A stretch of 32,000 nucleotides of DNA from Methylorubrum extorquens (GTDB lineage: Bacteria > Pseudomonadota > Alphaproteobacteria > Rhizobiales > Beijerinckiaceae). Location of the stretch: NCBI GenBank assembly GCA_900234795.1, contig LT962688.1:4470001-4502000 (forward strand), given 5' to 3'. Shown here one piece after another: positions 9,355-19,017 of the stretch. The position numbers were made by a program, and so were the translations under genes. The number at the start of each line of letters is the position of its first letter. Position 1 is the stretch's first letter. The notes under the pieces are model-generated. The model was not told where the DNA came from and searched no databases. It saw nothing but the letters and a program-made list of their open reading frames with translations.

Positions 9355-9993
9355 ATGGACAGCACCACACATACTCTCGTGCTCGTGCGGCACGGCCAGA
9401 GCGAGGACAACGAGCGGGAGCTGTTTTCAGGCTTGCGAGATCCTGCCCTGACCGCTCGCGGCGTCAACGAAGCGCGTGCCGCCGGCCGCAGGCTGAAGAC
9501 GCTCGGATATCGCTTCGACCACGCGTTCACGAGCCGGCTCCAGCGTGCTCAGCACACGCTCGCCCTGATCCTTGAGGAACTGAGCCAAACCGACCTGCCC
9601 GTGCATGCGGACGCGGCCTTGAATGAACGAGACTACGGCGCGCTTGCCGGTTTGAACAAGACGGAGGCTCGTGCCCGGTTCGGCGTCGAGCAGGTCCGCT
9701 CCTGGCGGAAATCTTCCGACGCGGTGCCGCCCGGCGGCGAGAGCTTGGCCATGACGGCAGCGCGCCTGTGGCCGTTCTTCGAGCGTGCCATCGCACCTCG
9801 CGTTCGAAGCGGCGAATGCGTGCTCGTCGTAGCTCACGGAAACTCGCTACGATCCCTGCTCATGCGACTCGATCAAGTCGCCCCCGCAGACATCGAAGAT
9901 GTCAACATTGGTACAGCGGAGATGCTCATCTACCGCAGCAACACAGATGATCAAACGCTCGTCCGGGCAGCTGCGATCGCTTGTTCGAGTTAG
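9355..9993 (+). CDS. gpmA: 2,3-bisphosphoglycerate-dependent phosphoglycerate mutase family protein (histidine phosphatase)
   Basis: Motifs present: LVLVRHGQSEDN (RHG), LNERDYGALAGLNK, and AHGNSLRSLL (the second catalytic His). Length and motif order match short alphaproteobacterial GpmA. The usual SxWN/TGW tryptophans are replaced (SEDN, SGL), so it may be a divergent paralog. Confidence 0.7.
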   Translation: MDSTTHTLVLVRHGQSEDNERELFSGLRDPALTARGVNEARAAGRRLKTLGYRFDHAFTSRLQRAQHTLALILEELSQTDLPVHADAALNERDYGALAGLNKTEARARFGVEQVRSWRKSSDAVPPGGESLAMTAARLWPFFERAIAPRVRSGECVLVVAHGNSLRSLLMRLDQVAPADIEDVNIGTAEMLIYRSNTDDQTLVRAAAIACSS

Positions 9994-10592
9994 AGAGGAA
10001 GCCTCAGAAATCGGGTCGTCTCGCGTAGGGGCGAGACGAGGCGGATGCCGCTCCCCTCGACCCGACCGGTTGCGCGACATCGGCCCCTGTGTCGGCGCTC
10101 ATGCAAAGTGGCCGGTCAGTCCCTTTTGGACACCGATTGGCACCATCGAGGGCGGCATGAACTGGGAGCTGCCCGGCCGGAAGACCTCAAGGCCGCCACC
10201 TGCTTCGTGCGACCCGATGACATGCCTGCCTGCGTACGGATCTCTCACGACCTCAGCATGGACACCACCAGCCCCTCACATGCCTAGGCCAATTTCATGG
10301 ACCTCCAGCGAGTGAGCTAGTGAGCCGGGCATCTGACGGAGACGCGCAGCGGAGGGCTGCGCAGCTCGTGATGATTAGGCGAACGAGTGGAGCGATGAGG
10401 CTGAGCCCGGCGGAAGGATAATGTCTGATCGCGATCGTCGCAGCAGCATAATGCAAAATTGTTGAGTCTCGGTCAGGAGATGTGTCGACCTATGCATTAA
10501 GGGCATGATTGGCATTTGGCATCTGGTATACCAGGCCGTCTCGGGCAGTGGCATAACCCTGCCAACGCAAGCAACCAAACGGGACGCCTACC

Positions 10593-10802
10593 ATGATCGC
10601 TCTTCTCGCTGCTGCCGCTGTCGCTGCTGGTGCTGCCAACGTTGCCTTGGTCGCTTTTATGGCTGACCGTGTATCTCCGAACGGTAGCGCCGCTGGCGAG
10701 TTCGTTGCCATCACCGAGACCACTCCTGCTGCTGCCCAGGCCCGTGCTGTCCGGGCCGGCAACGAGAACGTTCCGGCCCAGGCTGCTAAGCTCGCTGCAT
10801 AA
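10593..10802 (+). CDS. small Ala-rich protein (69 aa) with an N-terminal hydrophobic segment and a C-terminal ...AAKLAA
   Basis: ATG ORF followed 40 nt later by a strong intrinsic terminator. The N-terminus MIALLAAAAVAAGAANVALVAFMA is signal-peptide or TM-like. Codon usage is T-ending (GCT, GGT, CGT, GTT), unlike neighbouring genes. Confidence 0.45.
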   Translation: MIALLAAAAVAAGAANVALVAFMADRVSPNGSAAGEFVAITETTPAAAQARAVRAGNENVPAQAAKLAA

Positions 10803-10840
10803 GCCAGCCCTCACGCTGCACTGACGCTGCAAATTGATGA

Positions 10841-10872
10841 GCCCTGCCAGATCCTGGCGGGGCTTTTCTTTT
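10841..10872 (+). terminator. rho-independent terminator
   Basis: gccctgccag / ctggcggggc form a 10-bp stem (one G-U pair) with a 3-nt loop. The stem is followed by ttttctttt. Confidence 0.75.
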
Positions 10873-10970
10873 GCTCAAGGCCAGCGGGAAATCTCGCGCG
10901 AGGCCGAAATCAACCTTGGTGCGTTCGGCTCGGATCGCTTTGACTCTAAGAGGAACACGCCGGGTGCTCT

Positions 10971-11116
10971 CGGTATGACGAGGACGTTGGGAAGGACGAG
11001 TCTTGCCAACGTCGACATGAGCGGCGCTTCGAGGAGCCGCCACCGGTATGACGAGGACGTTGGGAAGGACGAGTCTTGCCAACGTCGACATGAGCGGCGC
11101 TTCGAGGAGCCGCCAC
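10971..11116. repeat. perfect tandem duplication of a 73-bp unit (10971-11043 and 11044-11116)
   Basis: The unit cggtatgacgaggacgttgggaaggacgagtcttgccaacgtcgacatgagcggcgcttcgaggagccgccac occurs twice head-to-tail with no mismatch. Each unit contains the palindrome gacgttgg...ccaacgtc. Confidence 0.95.
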
Positions 11117-11189
11117 GTCCGGATGTCCCCCTGCGGCGTCGCGGCTCGTGGAGCGCTCCTGGGGAATGTCCCGTGGAAGTGCGCCCTGG

Positions 11190-12005
11190 TTATTGCGGAA
11201 GCCGCATCTGCTTGCGGATGCCTTTGTCGAAGGCCCCTGCCGGCACGAAACGACGTAGCAGGCTAACCCGCCGGGCCATCTTGCCGACTGTATAGCGGAC
11301 CTTCGGCACCGTCGCTTTCGCCGCCATCACGACCGTCTCGGCCACCGCCGCTGGCGCGTCGGCGGCCGCCATGACGTCGCGCATCAGGCGCTCCTGACCG
11401 GCGCGCGCGGCGTCGTAGGCGGCGAGTGGCGCGTCCGGAGAGACGAGGTTCCGGTCGAATGCGGTGCGCGTGTAGGCCGGTTCGACGAGGACGACCCTGA
11501 TGCCCTGTGTCCTAACCTCGTGATCGAGGGATTCGGAATAACCTTCGAGCGCGTGCTTGCTCGCGGCGTAGAGCGCCATGTAGGGCGCGGGGACGAGCCC
11601 AAAGAGCGAGCTGATGTTGACGATGCGGCCACCACCGCCGGCTCGCATCAAGGGCAAGACGGCGCGGGTCATGCGGATGGCCCCGAACAGGTTGACGTCG
11701 AACAGGGCCTGCGCCTGCTCGATGGAGGACTCCTCCGCGCCGCCGCTGATGCCGAAGCCGGCGTTGTTGACCAGCAGGTCGATCCGCCCGGTCCGCGAGG
11801 AGATTGTCTCGACTACGCCGGCGACCGACGCATCCGAGGTAAGGTCGCAGGGCAGCATCGTGATGTCGCCCTCCACGACTTGGTCGACTTTTCGGCTCGT
11901 GCCGAACACCCGGTAGCCCGCGGCCTTCAAGGCTCTGGCGGTCTCCAGGCCGATGCCAGAGGCAGCCCCCGTGACGATTGCGACCCTGGTTTCGGGCTGT
12001 GCCAC
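11190..12005 (-). CDS. SDR family oxidoreductase
   Basis: 271 aa with TGAASGIG, NNAG, and the YAASKHAL catalytic motif. Confidence 0.92.
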   Translation of the reverse strand: MAQPETRVAIVTGAASGIGLETARALKAAGYRVFGTSRKVDQVVEGDITMLPCDLTSDASVAGVVETISSRTGRIDLLVNNAGFGISGGAEESSIEQAQALFDVNLFGAIRMTRAVLPLMRAGGGGRIVNISSLFGLVPAPYMALYAASKHALEGYSESLDHEVRTQGIRVVLVEPAYTRTAFDRNLVSPDAPLAAYDAARAGQERLMRDVMAAADAPAAVAETVVMAAKATVPKVRYTVGKMARRVSLLRRFVPAGAFDKGIRKQMRLPQ

Positions 12006-12315
12006 GAGGTTCTCCTCTCAGGCCGGCATTTCTGTTGGGCGCTCTCGGTGTAACGGTCCCCGGATGTGGTGTGACGGGTCGAGCCTGAAGCGTTTGGGCT
12101 CTTTCGTCCAGGCCTGACAGATGAACGCGTAGGGTGTGAGGCACCTCTTCGCATCGGCGAAGCGATGCGCCGCGCGGCCTGCAATAGGATCTGGTTCAGG
12201 GCGCCCTTTCGCCTGGGTTCGGTGAATCCGCAATCAGGATTTCATGTGGGAGATGTCCGCGCGGCTTGAGCCAGCTCCTATGGCACTCTGCTCGGAGCCG
12301 GCCCTTAGGCAAGCC

Positions 12316-13296
12316 TCAAGGGTTGGCGTCGACGGCTGATCTGAGGACCGGCGTCCAGCGGGCAACCTCGCGCTCGACGAGCTTCTGCAGCGCGTCGGGT
12401 CCGGCCTCCGCGTCTTTCGGCACCGTGCCGCCGAGCTCGAGGATACGCCTCTTCGCGCCCGGATCCTTGAGCGCCGCATCGAGGGCGGCGACGAGCTTGG
12501 CCCTGACATCCACCGGCAGCCCCTTCGGTGCGAAAACCGCGTTCCAGGCGCTGACTTCGTAGTCGGGCAGGCCCGCTTCCTTGGTGGTCGGCACATCGGG
12601 CAGGCTCGGGGAGCGCTCGGGCGTCGCGATGGCGTAAGCCTTGATTGTGCCGCCGGCGATCTGCGGGGCGACGTTGACGATCTGATCGGTCATGAAGTCG
12701 ACCTGACCGGCCATCAGGTCGTTCAGCGCCGGCCCGGTGCCACGATAGACGACGAGGGTGGGCTTGGCACCGACGATCGAGTCGAACAGCACGCCGGTCG
12801 AGTGCGAGACGGAGCCGACGCCCGCATGGGCCTGGTTGATCGAGGCGCCACCAGCCTTGAGCCCCTCGATGAAGCCCTTGAGGTCCTGCGCCGGCATGGC
12901 CTTCTTGGCGACGATGACGATCGGCGTGCCGGCGGCGAGTCCAATGGGATCGAAGCTTTTGGCGGGATCGTATTTCAGGCCCTTGAACAGAGCCGGTGCT
13001 GCACCGTGCGTGCCCATATGGCCCATCATGATGGTGTAGCCGTCGGGCGAGGCCTGCGAAGCCCGCGTGATGCCCGTCGTGCCGCCAGCGCCGGTCACGT
13101 TCTCGATGACGACCTGCTGACCGAGAGCCTGTGACATCGGCTCAGCGACGATCCGCGCGATGACGTCGGTCGGGCCGCCGGCCGCGAAGGGCACCACCAT
13201 GGTAATCGGGCGCTGGGGATAGGTGTCGGCCACAGCGCCGAATGCGGCGAGCGCCGACAGGAGGCCGATGGCGAAAGCCCTTCTCATGTTCCTCAT
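12316..13296 (-). CDS. tctC: tripartite tricarboxylate transporter substrate-binding protein (Bug/TctC family)
   Basis: 326 aa with a signal peptide. It carries YPQRPITMVVPFAAGGPTDVIAR and ENVTGAGGTTG, typical of Bug/TctC. It lies directly downstream of tctA. Confidence 0.9.
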   Translation of the reverse strand: MRNMRRAFAIGLLSALAAFGAVADTYPQRPITMVVPFAAGGPTDVIARIVAEPMSQALGQQVVIENVTGAGGTTGITRASQASPDGYTIMMGHMGTHGAAPALFKGLKYDPAKSFDPIGLAAGTPIVIVAKKAMPAQDLKGFIEGLKAGGASINQAHAGVGSVSHSTGVLFDSIVGAKPTLVVYRGTGPALNDLMAGQVDFMTDQIVNVAPQIAGGTIKAYAIATPERSPSLPDVPTTKEAGLPDYEVSAWNAVFAPKGLPVDVRAKLVAALDAALKDPGAKRRILELGGTVPKDAEAGPDALQKLVEREVARWTPVLRSAVDANP

Positions 13297-13352
13297 CCCT
13301 TTTTTGTTTTCCTGTCGCCGGAGATCCCTGCGCCCACCGGGCGCCGAGCCGG

Positions 13353-14858
13353 TCAGGCTTCCGTAAATACCTCGTCGCGGCTTCGCCGCAGCGACGGCAG
13401 CAGCGCCGCCGAGAGAATGGTAAAGGCGACGAGGAACAGCAGCGCACTGAGCGGACGCTCCAGGAAGACCATGGGATCACCGCGCGACAGCGTAAGCGCA
13501 CGGCGCAGGTATTCTTCCATCAGCTTGCCCAGCACGAAACCCAGCAGAAGCGGTGCCGGCTCGAAGCCGAACTTGATGAGCGCGTAGCCGAACACCCCGA
13601 AGGCCGCGATCAACATCACGTCGGTCGGCAGAGAGTTGATCGAGTAGATGCCGATCGAGCAGAACATCAGGATCGCGGGGAACATCAGCCTGTAGGGCAC
13701 CTTCAGAAGGCGCACCCAGATGCCGACCAGCGGCAGGTTGATGACGAGCAACATCAGGTTGCCGATCCACATCGAGGCGATCATGCCCCAGAAGAGATTG
13801 GGGTTCTTGGTCATCACGCCGGGCCCCGGGATGATGCCGTGGATGGTCATCGCGCCGACCATCAGCGCCATCACGGCATTGGGCGGGATGCCGAGGGTGA
13901 GGAGCGGGATGAAGGCCGTCTGTGCGCCGGCATTGTTGGCGCTCTCCGGACCGGCGACGCCCTCGATGGCACCGCGGCCGAAGCGGCTCGGGTCGCGGGC
14001 GATGCGCTTCTCGACGGTGTAGGCTGCGAAGGGGCCGAGGACGGCGCCGTTGCCGGGCAGGATTCCGAGCAGCGCCCCAATTGCGGTGCCGCGGAAGACA
14101 GAGGGCGCCGCCTGCCGTAGTTCCGCCAGCCCCGGCAGCAGGCGGCCGATACGGGCCTGCGCGATGTCTCGCGTGTCGGTCTGATCCAAGTTGCGCAGGA
14201 TCTCGGCCACCCCGAACAGGCCCATCGCCAGCACGGAGAAGTCGACGCCGTCTGTCAGGAAGGTGAAGCCGAAGGTCATCCGTTCCTCGCCGGTCTCAAG
14301 GTCGGTGCCGACGCAGGCGAACAGGATGCCGACCAGGATCATCGCCACGGCCTTCAGAACGGAGCCGTGCGCGAGGACGACGGCAAAGGCCAGCCCCATG
14401 ACCATCAGGGCGAAGTATTCCGCCGGTCCGAAGATCAGCGCGAGGCGTGTGAGCGGTGCGCCGAGCGCCGCGATCAGGACGGTGGCCACGGTGCCGGCGA
14501 AGAACGAGGCAAGCGCGGCGGTGCCGAGCGCAATGCCGGCCCGGCCCTGCCGCGCCATCTGATGCCCGTCGAGGGTGGTGACGACAGAGGTCGCCTCTCC
14601 CGGGATGTTGACGAGGATCGCGGTGGTCGAGCCGCCATACTGCGCCCCGTAATAGATGCCCGCGAGCATGATCAGCGCGCCCACCGGATCGAGGCCGAAG
14701 GTGATCGGCAGGAGCATGGCGATGGTTGCAATCGGCCCGACGCCGGGCAACACGCCGATCAGCGTGCCGACGAGGCAGCCGAGGAAGCACAGCAGCAGGT
14801 TCTGCAGGCTCAGCGCGACGCCGAAGCCGAGACCCAGATTGGAGAGGAGATCCGGCAC
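13353..14858 (-). CDS. tctA: tripartite tricarboxylate transporter permease, large subunit
   Basis: 501-aa polytopic membrane protein (GVLPGVGPIATIAMLLP, GGSTTAILVNIPGE), flanked by tctB and tctC. Confidence 0.9.
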   Translation of the reverse strand: MPDLLSNLGLGFGVALSLQNLLLCFLGCLVGTLIGVLPGVGPIATIAMLLPITFGLDPVGALIMLAGIYYGAQYGGSTTAILVNIPGEATSVVTTLDGHQMARQGRAGIALGTAALASFFAGTVATVLIAALGAPLTRLALIFGPAEYFALMVMGLAFAVVLAHGSVLKAVAMILVGILFACVGTDLETGEERMTFGFTFLTDGVDFSVLAMGLFGVAEILRNLDQTDTRDIAQARIGRLLPGLAELRQAAPSVFRGTAIGALLGILPGNGAVLGPFAAYTVEKRIARDPSRFGRGAIEGVAGPESANNAGAQTAFIPLLTLGIPPNAVMALMVGAMTIHGIIPGPGVMTKNPNLFWGMIASMWIGNLMLLVINLPLVGIWVRLLKVPYRLMFPAILMFCSIGIYSINSLPTDVMLIAAFGVFGYALIKFGFEPAPLLLGFVLGKLMEEYLRRALTLSRGDPMVFLERPLSALLFLVAFTILSAALLPSLRRSRDEVFTEA

Positions 14859-14874
14859 GGGCTTGCGCTCCCGA

Positions 14875-15540
14875 TCAACCGGTCATCGAATGACGGGCGA
14901 CATCGGTCCCGCCCCGCCGCGCAGACCGGCGCAGCAGGAGGAGCAGACCCAGTCCCGCCAGGGCGAGCGCCCCGGCCGCCAGTCGCAAGAGCACCCGTGA
15001 GGAGACCGTTCCGCTCGCCACCTCGATGAGCGCGGTAGGAAAGAGCGGGATCGGCAGGTTGAGCAGATCGCCGAACAGCAGCATGCACCCGGCCGTGAGA
15101 AGCAACGCCAGGATCACGAGCTCGCGAAACCGCGCTTCAGGAGACGCGTAGCCCGCGAGAATGACCGCGAGGGGGCCGGCGACGATCAGGCCGAGGCCGG
15201 GCGTCGTGATGGGGCCGAGGGCGGTCGGCCGGATCGTCGCGGCAAAGGCGAGAATCGCCAGGACGACGACGCTCGGGCCGCGCAGGCCGAACGTCTGAAG
15301 CCCTGCGCCGTCACGGACGAAGCCCGTCGCGGCAAGCAAGACCCCGCAGGCGGCCACGCCGATTGCAACCCAGTGCGGCAGCATGCCGGGCCCCATCGCA
15401 CCGAGGGTGCCTCGCGAAAGATCGCCCGCGGCCCAGACGCCGGACATTCCGAGCAGGACGAGGCCAAGGCCGGCTGCCACGTTCTGCGGCACGCGCGAAA
15501 GCGCATAGCCCGACCCAGCGCCACTCGATCGGTCGCTCAT
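14875..15540 (-). CDS. tctB: tripartite tricarboxylate transporter small membrane subunit (TctB-like)
   Basis: 221-aa hydrophobic protein immediately upstream of tctA (16-bp gap). The assignment rests mostly on position and hydrophobicity. Confidence 0.65.
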   Translation of the reverse strand: MSDRSSGAGSGYALSRVPQNVAAGLGLVLLGMSGVWAAGDLSRGTLGAMGPGMLPHWVAIGVAACGVLLAATGFVRDGAGLQTFGLRGPSVVVLAILAFAATIRPTALGPITTPGLGLIVAGPLAVILAGYASPEARFRELVILALLLTAGCMLLFGDLLNLPIPLFPTALIEVASGTVSSRVLLRLAAGALALAGLGLLLLLRRSARRGGTDVARHSMTG

Positions 15541-16020
15541 CGTCCCCTCTCAACGGGCATGCCCGCACCGGTGCTCCCGATGCGCGTCGCGCAAAGAAAA
15601 CGACCGGACCCTCCCACGAGGAATTTTATCCAGATCTTAGGCTGCGGAGCTAAATTTCGGCAAGACCATAACACCCGCGAAATCGCTCATCTCCCAAGCC
15701 TTCTGTTGTCGACAACAGGGCCGGCGGGGGACGCGCTATCGCGGCTCCTTTCAACATCAGCATTCGAGGCAAGCGTTGACGGGTCGATGCCGAAGATGCG
15801 CGTGCGCGCCCGCTCAAGGGGGAAAGGTTTACCGCGGGTCGAGGCCTCTGCGAATTCTCATGGTTGGCGCATCCTGCGCCATCGGTCTTGACCGCGGAGC
15901 TCCCTCTTTAGGCGCTCGTTATGCCGCGTCGGAATGATGGGGAGCTGTGTGCCGCAGGCGTGGCATCGATCGTCGGCTCTACGAGTTGACGACTGAGCAC
16001 ATCACACCGGGAGAAATGCC

Positions 16021-16227
16021 ATGGACGAAGATCGCTTCAATATCGAATTGCGCAAGTTTTTGAAGGAAGTCGGCGTCACCTCGCAGCGTGAGATCGAACG
16101 TGTCGCCCGCGAGGGCCTCGCGCAGGGCGGCACGTTGAAGCTGCGTATGACACTCACGGCCGAGAATGCGCCGCTCGAGCACGTTGTCGAGCGGACGATC
16201 TCGCTTGGTGAGGGTGCAGACAGCTAA
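16021..16227 (+). CDS. small conserved hypothetical protein (68 aa; resembles DUF6494-type proteins, from memory and unverified)
   Basis: ATG ORF: MDEDRFNIELRKFLKEVGVTSQREIERVAREG... Its 3' third is duplicated as a remnant at 18925-19017. Confidence 0.6.
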   Translation: MDEDRFNIELRKFLKEVGVTSQREIERVAREGLAQGGTLKLRMTLTAENAPLEHVVERTISLGEGADS

Positions 16228-16586
16228 ACACTCTCGCTTACGGGAACGTGCCAGTAGGTCGGGCCGAAAGCGTCTGGCGCTTCATGCCCAGCGTGTAGCG
16301 GGTTCGGGCATGTCGTCAGCCATGTCCGTGTTCACCGACGTGATCCGCATCTGGCGCTTCCTCGGCAACTGCAGACCGAGCATACCATCGATCGACTTGA
16401 GCTCTGATCGATAAGGACCAGTGATTGATGCCGCCTCGGTCCGGCAGCGGGTGGCCTAGCCGCGGCACACCCACGGCACGCCATTGGCGGAGCCGTCCGC
16501 ATCCGCGGACACAGTGCCGGGCGCTTGAGCGGGCCCTTCGCCGCTCCCTGGCGCCCCCGACACGATTCGATCGTGTGAGCTTTGCG
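16136..16586. repeat. copy A of a diverged ~450-bp duplication, ending in a degenerate inverted tRNA-Arg 3' fragment (16549-16586)
   Basis: It aligns by eye along its whole length with 18926-19366, with many substitutions and small indels. The final 38 nt are the reverse complement of a tRNA T-arm/acceptor (tggcgcccccgacacgattcgatcgtgtgagctttgcg). Confidence 0.85.
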
Positions 16587-16705
16587 CGTGCCAGGTTTTC
16601 AGCGACGGACGATTTGCTCGTTGCGCTCTATGGCTACGGAGCAACATAGACAGGATCACCAGCGTTCTCCCTGCCTTCCGGCCGCTCCATTCGGTAATCG
16701 CAACC

Positions 16706-17707
16706 GTGTCTCCGCGACGAAGACCGTCTGTGCACTCCCGTGTCGCTCTCGGAACTGTGGCGGCTGCAGCCATGGCCATCGGTCTCATCGTCCGTGCCCG
16801 GGCCAAGCAAGCGGAGGACGCGCATCCGCCCTTGGGCCGTTTCGTCGAGGCCGACGGCGTGCGCCTTCACTATATCGAGTGCGGTGCCGGCGAGCCGCTG
16901 GTCATCTTCCACGGCAACGGGAGCATGGCGGAGGAATTCATCCTCAGTGGCTTCGTCACCTTGGCCGCGCAGCATTTCCGCGTCATCGTGTTCGATCGTC
17001 CGGGCTACGGCTACAGCCAGCGCCCGCACAGCAAAGTTTGGACGCCAGCGGCGCAAGCCGACCTCCTGATCGGTGCGCTCGCTCAGATTGGCGTCGACCG
17101 AGTGATTGCCCTCGGCCATTCCTGGGGAGCTTCGGTTGCGATCGCAGCAGCCCTACGCCACCCAGACGCCGTTCGCGGACTGGTTCTGGAGAGTGGCTAC
17201 TACTATCCGTCACCCCGTGCCGACCTTGCCCTGTTCTCGATAGCGGCTCTCCCGTTGATCGGTGACGTGCTGCGCTACACGGCATATCCGCTGACAGCGC
17301 GCCTGCTATGGCCGATCATGCGGCGCAACCTGTTCAGCCCAGCCGCCGTCGCTCCGTCGTTTGCACGATTTCCCTCATCGATGGCGATGCGTCCGTCGCA
17401 GCTTCACGCGAGTGCGGCAGAGTCCGCCTTGATGGTTCCGAACGTGGCGGTGCTCCAAAGGCACTATCGTAAGCTGAGGATGCCTATCGCCATCATCGCC
17501 GGGATCGGTGACAGGATGGTCGATGTCGACGGTCAATCACGTCGCCTCCACGGCGAGGTGCTGCAGAGTAGCCTGCACCTTGTGGAGGAGTGTGGCCACA
17601 TGGTTCATCACACCGCACCGCACAGAGTGTTGGCCGGTCTCGAAGAAGTTCGTCGGGCTGCCTGCGAGGCGAGCGCCCGCCGAGAGACGTCGCTCCAAGC
17701 GACGTAG
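16706..17707 (+). CDS. alpha/beta hydrolase
   Basis: 333 aa with an N-terminal TM anchor. It carries VIFHGNGS, the GHSWGAS nucleophile elbow, and a C-terminal GHMVHH catalytic His region. Confidence 0.85.
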   Translation: MSPRRRPSVHSRVALGTVAAAAMAIGLIVRARAKQAEDAHPPLGRFVEADGVRLHYIECGAGEPLVIFHGNGSMAEEFILSGFVTLAAQHFRVIVFDRPGYGYSQRPHSKVWTPAAQADLLIGALAQIGVDRVIALGHSWGASVAIAAALRHPDAVRGLVLESGYYYPSPRADLALFSIAALPLIGDVLRYTAYPLTARLLWPIMRRNLFSPAAVAPSFARFPSSMAMRPSQLHASAAESALMVPNVAVLQRHYRKLRMPIAIIAGIGDRMVDVDGQSRRLHGEVLQSSLHLVEECGHMVHHTAPHRVLAGLEEVRRAACEASARRETSLQAT

Positions 17708-17740
17708 ACAACTCATCCCAAAGCCAGCCGGTCAGCTCGT

Positions 17741-18883
17741 TCAGCGGCCCGGCTTGAAACGCAGGATGCATCCCTGATCTTCGTCGGTCAGGAGGTAGAG
17801 GAGACCGTCTGGTCCCTGAACAACCTGCCGGATGCGCTCACCCATGGGAATGCGCTCCTCACCGGTGACGCGCGACGCGACGAGGGTCAGACGAATGACA
17901 GCCTGTGAAGTCAGTCCAGCAAGAAACAGGTTTCCACGCCAGCTCGGAAAAGAGCTGCCGGAGTAGAATGCTATTCCTGAGAATGAGATCGAGGGCGACC
18001 AGTGGTAAGCGGCATCGTCAAGGTCCAGCCGTGCCGGTGGCCTTGGAATTGCGCTTCCATCCATGTGCTGACCCCAACTGACTAGAGGCCAGCCATAGTT
18101 GCGCCCCGGCTCAATGATGTTGATCTCGTCCCCACCGGTCGGTCCGAACTCGCCTGCCCACAGAGCGCCGGTTTCTGGCTGGACCGCGAGGCCTTGGATG
18201 TTGCGGTGACCGTAGGACCAGATCTCGGGCCGAGCGCCCTCATGGTTCGCGAACGGATTATCGGAAGGCATGGAGCCATCCGGGTTGACGCGGATGAGCT
18301 TACCGACGTCGGTCGAGAGGTCCTGGGCAAGGCCCGGATTGAACCGGTCCCCGGTTGAGATGAAGAGCTTGCCGTCGGGCGCGAACAGAAGGCGAGAGCC
18401 AAAGTGACCAGCGTCACTGCTACCCACCGGATGCTGCCGGAAAATGACTTGGAAATCCTCCAACGCGGTTTGGTCTGAGTTGAGTTTTCCGCGCCCAGCG
18501 GCTGTGGCCGCTCCGCTCTCGCGCGGTTCGCCGTAGGTTAGATAGATAAAGCGGTTTTCTGAGAAATTGGGATCTACCGCCACGTCTAGAAGCCCACCTT
18601 CGCCGGTATGGACGGGCGGAGTTCCGCGGAGCGGGGGCGAGACTTGTCCCCCTGCTGAGACGATGCGCAGGCGGCCAGCACGCTCGGTGACCAGCATGCG
18701 TCCGTCCGGCAGAAAGGCTAGACCCCAGGGATGGTCAAGATTGCAGGCAACGGGCTCTACGACGATCTCGGCCTTCTCGGTGCTGAGGCGCTCGGGCGGC
18801 CGCGCCACGGCAGGGTGCAAAATCAATGTGACCACGGCCGCGGTCGCAACGAGAATACGGATCACGGCGCTTCCCCAGACCAA
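17741..18883 (-). CDS. PQQ-dependent sugar dehydrogenase (soluble aldose/sorbosone dehydrogenase, YliI-like)
   Basis: 380 aa with a signal peptide. Motifs: HPWGLAFLPDGRMLVTERAGRLRIV, GGLLDVAVDPNF, IWSYGHRNIQGLA, GRNYGWP. Confidence 0.88.
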   Translation of the reverse strand: MVWGSAVIRILVATAAVVTLILHPAVARPPERLSTEKAEIVVEPVACNLDHPWGLAFLPDGRMLVTERAGRLRIVSAGGQVSPPLRGTPPVHTGEGGLLDVAVDPNFSENRFIYLTYGEPRESGAATAAGRGKLNSDQTALEDFQVIFRQHPVGSSDAGHFGSRLLFAPDGKLFISTGDRFNPGLAQDLSTDVGKLIRVNPDGSMPSDNPFANHEGARPEIWSYGHRNIQGLAVQPETGALWAGEFGPTGGDEINIIEPGRNYGWPLVSWGQHMDGSAIPRPPARLDLDDAAYHWSPSISFSGIAFYSGSSFPSWRGNLFLAGLTSQAVIRLTLVASRVTGEERIPMGERIRQVVQGPDGLLYLLTDEDQGCILRFKPGR

Positions 18884-18924
18884 GCCTCACCCTGCAACCA
18901 GGAAAAGCTCGCTCGGGATCAACA

Positions 18925-19017
18925 ATGAAGCTGCGCCTGACACTCGTGGCCGAGAATGCGCCACTCGAGCACGTCGTTGAGCGGATGATCTCGCTTGGTG
19001 AGAGTGCGGACAGCTAA
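18925..19017 (+). pseudogene. 3' remnant of a second copy of the 16021-16227 small gene
   Basis: It translates to MKLRLTLVAENAPLEHVVERMISLGESADS, paralleling LKLRMTLTAENAPLEHVVERTISLGEGADS. The N-terminal two thirds are missing. Confidence 0.7.

Noticed and set aside
10497-10530. Repeated TGGCA elements (gggcatgattggcatttggcatctgg) resembling a sigma-54 -24/-12 promoter
   Set aside because: The GG-to-GC spacing in every possible register is shorter than the fixed sigma-54 spacing, so no valid -24/-12 pair exists.
13242-15029. Long plus-strand ORFs (13242..14120, 14367..15029 and others) opposite tctA/tctB
   Set aside because: These are antisense shadow ORFs with extreme Arg/Asp/His/Gly content. 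The minus strand encodes unmistakable membrane transporter sequence.
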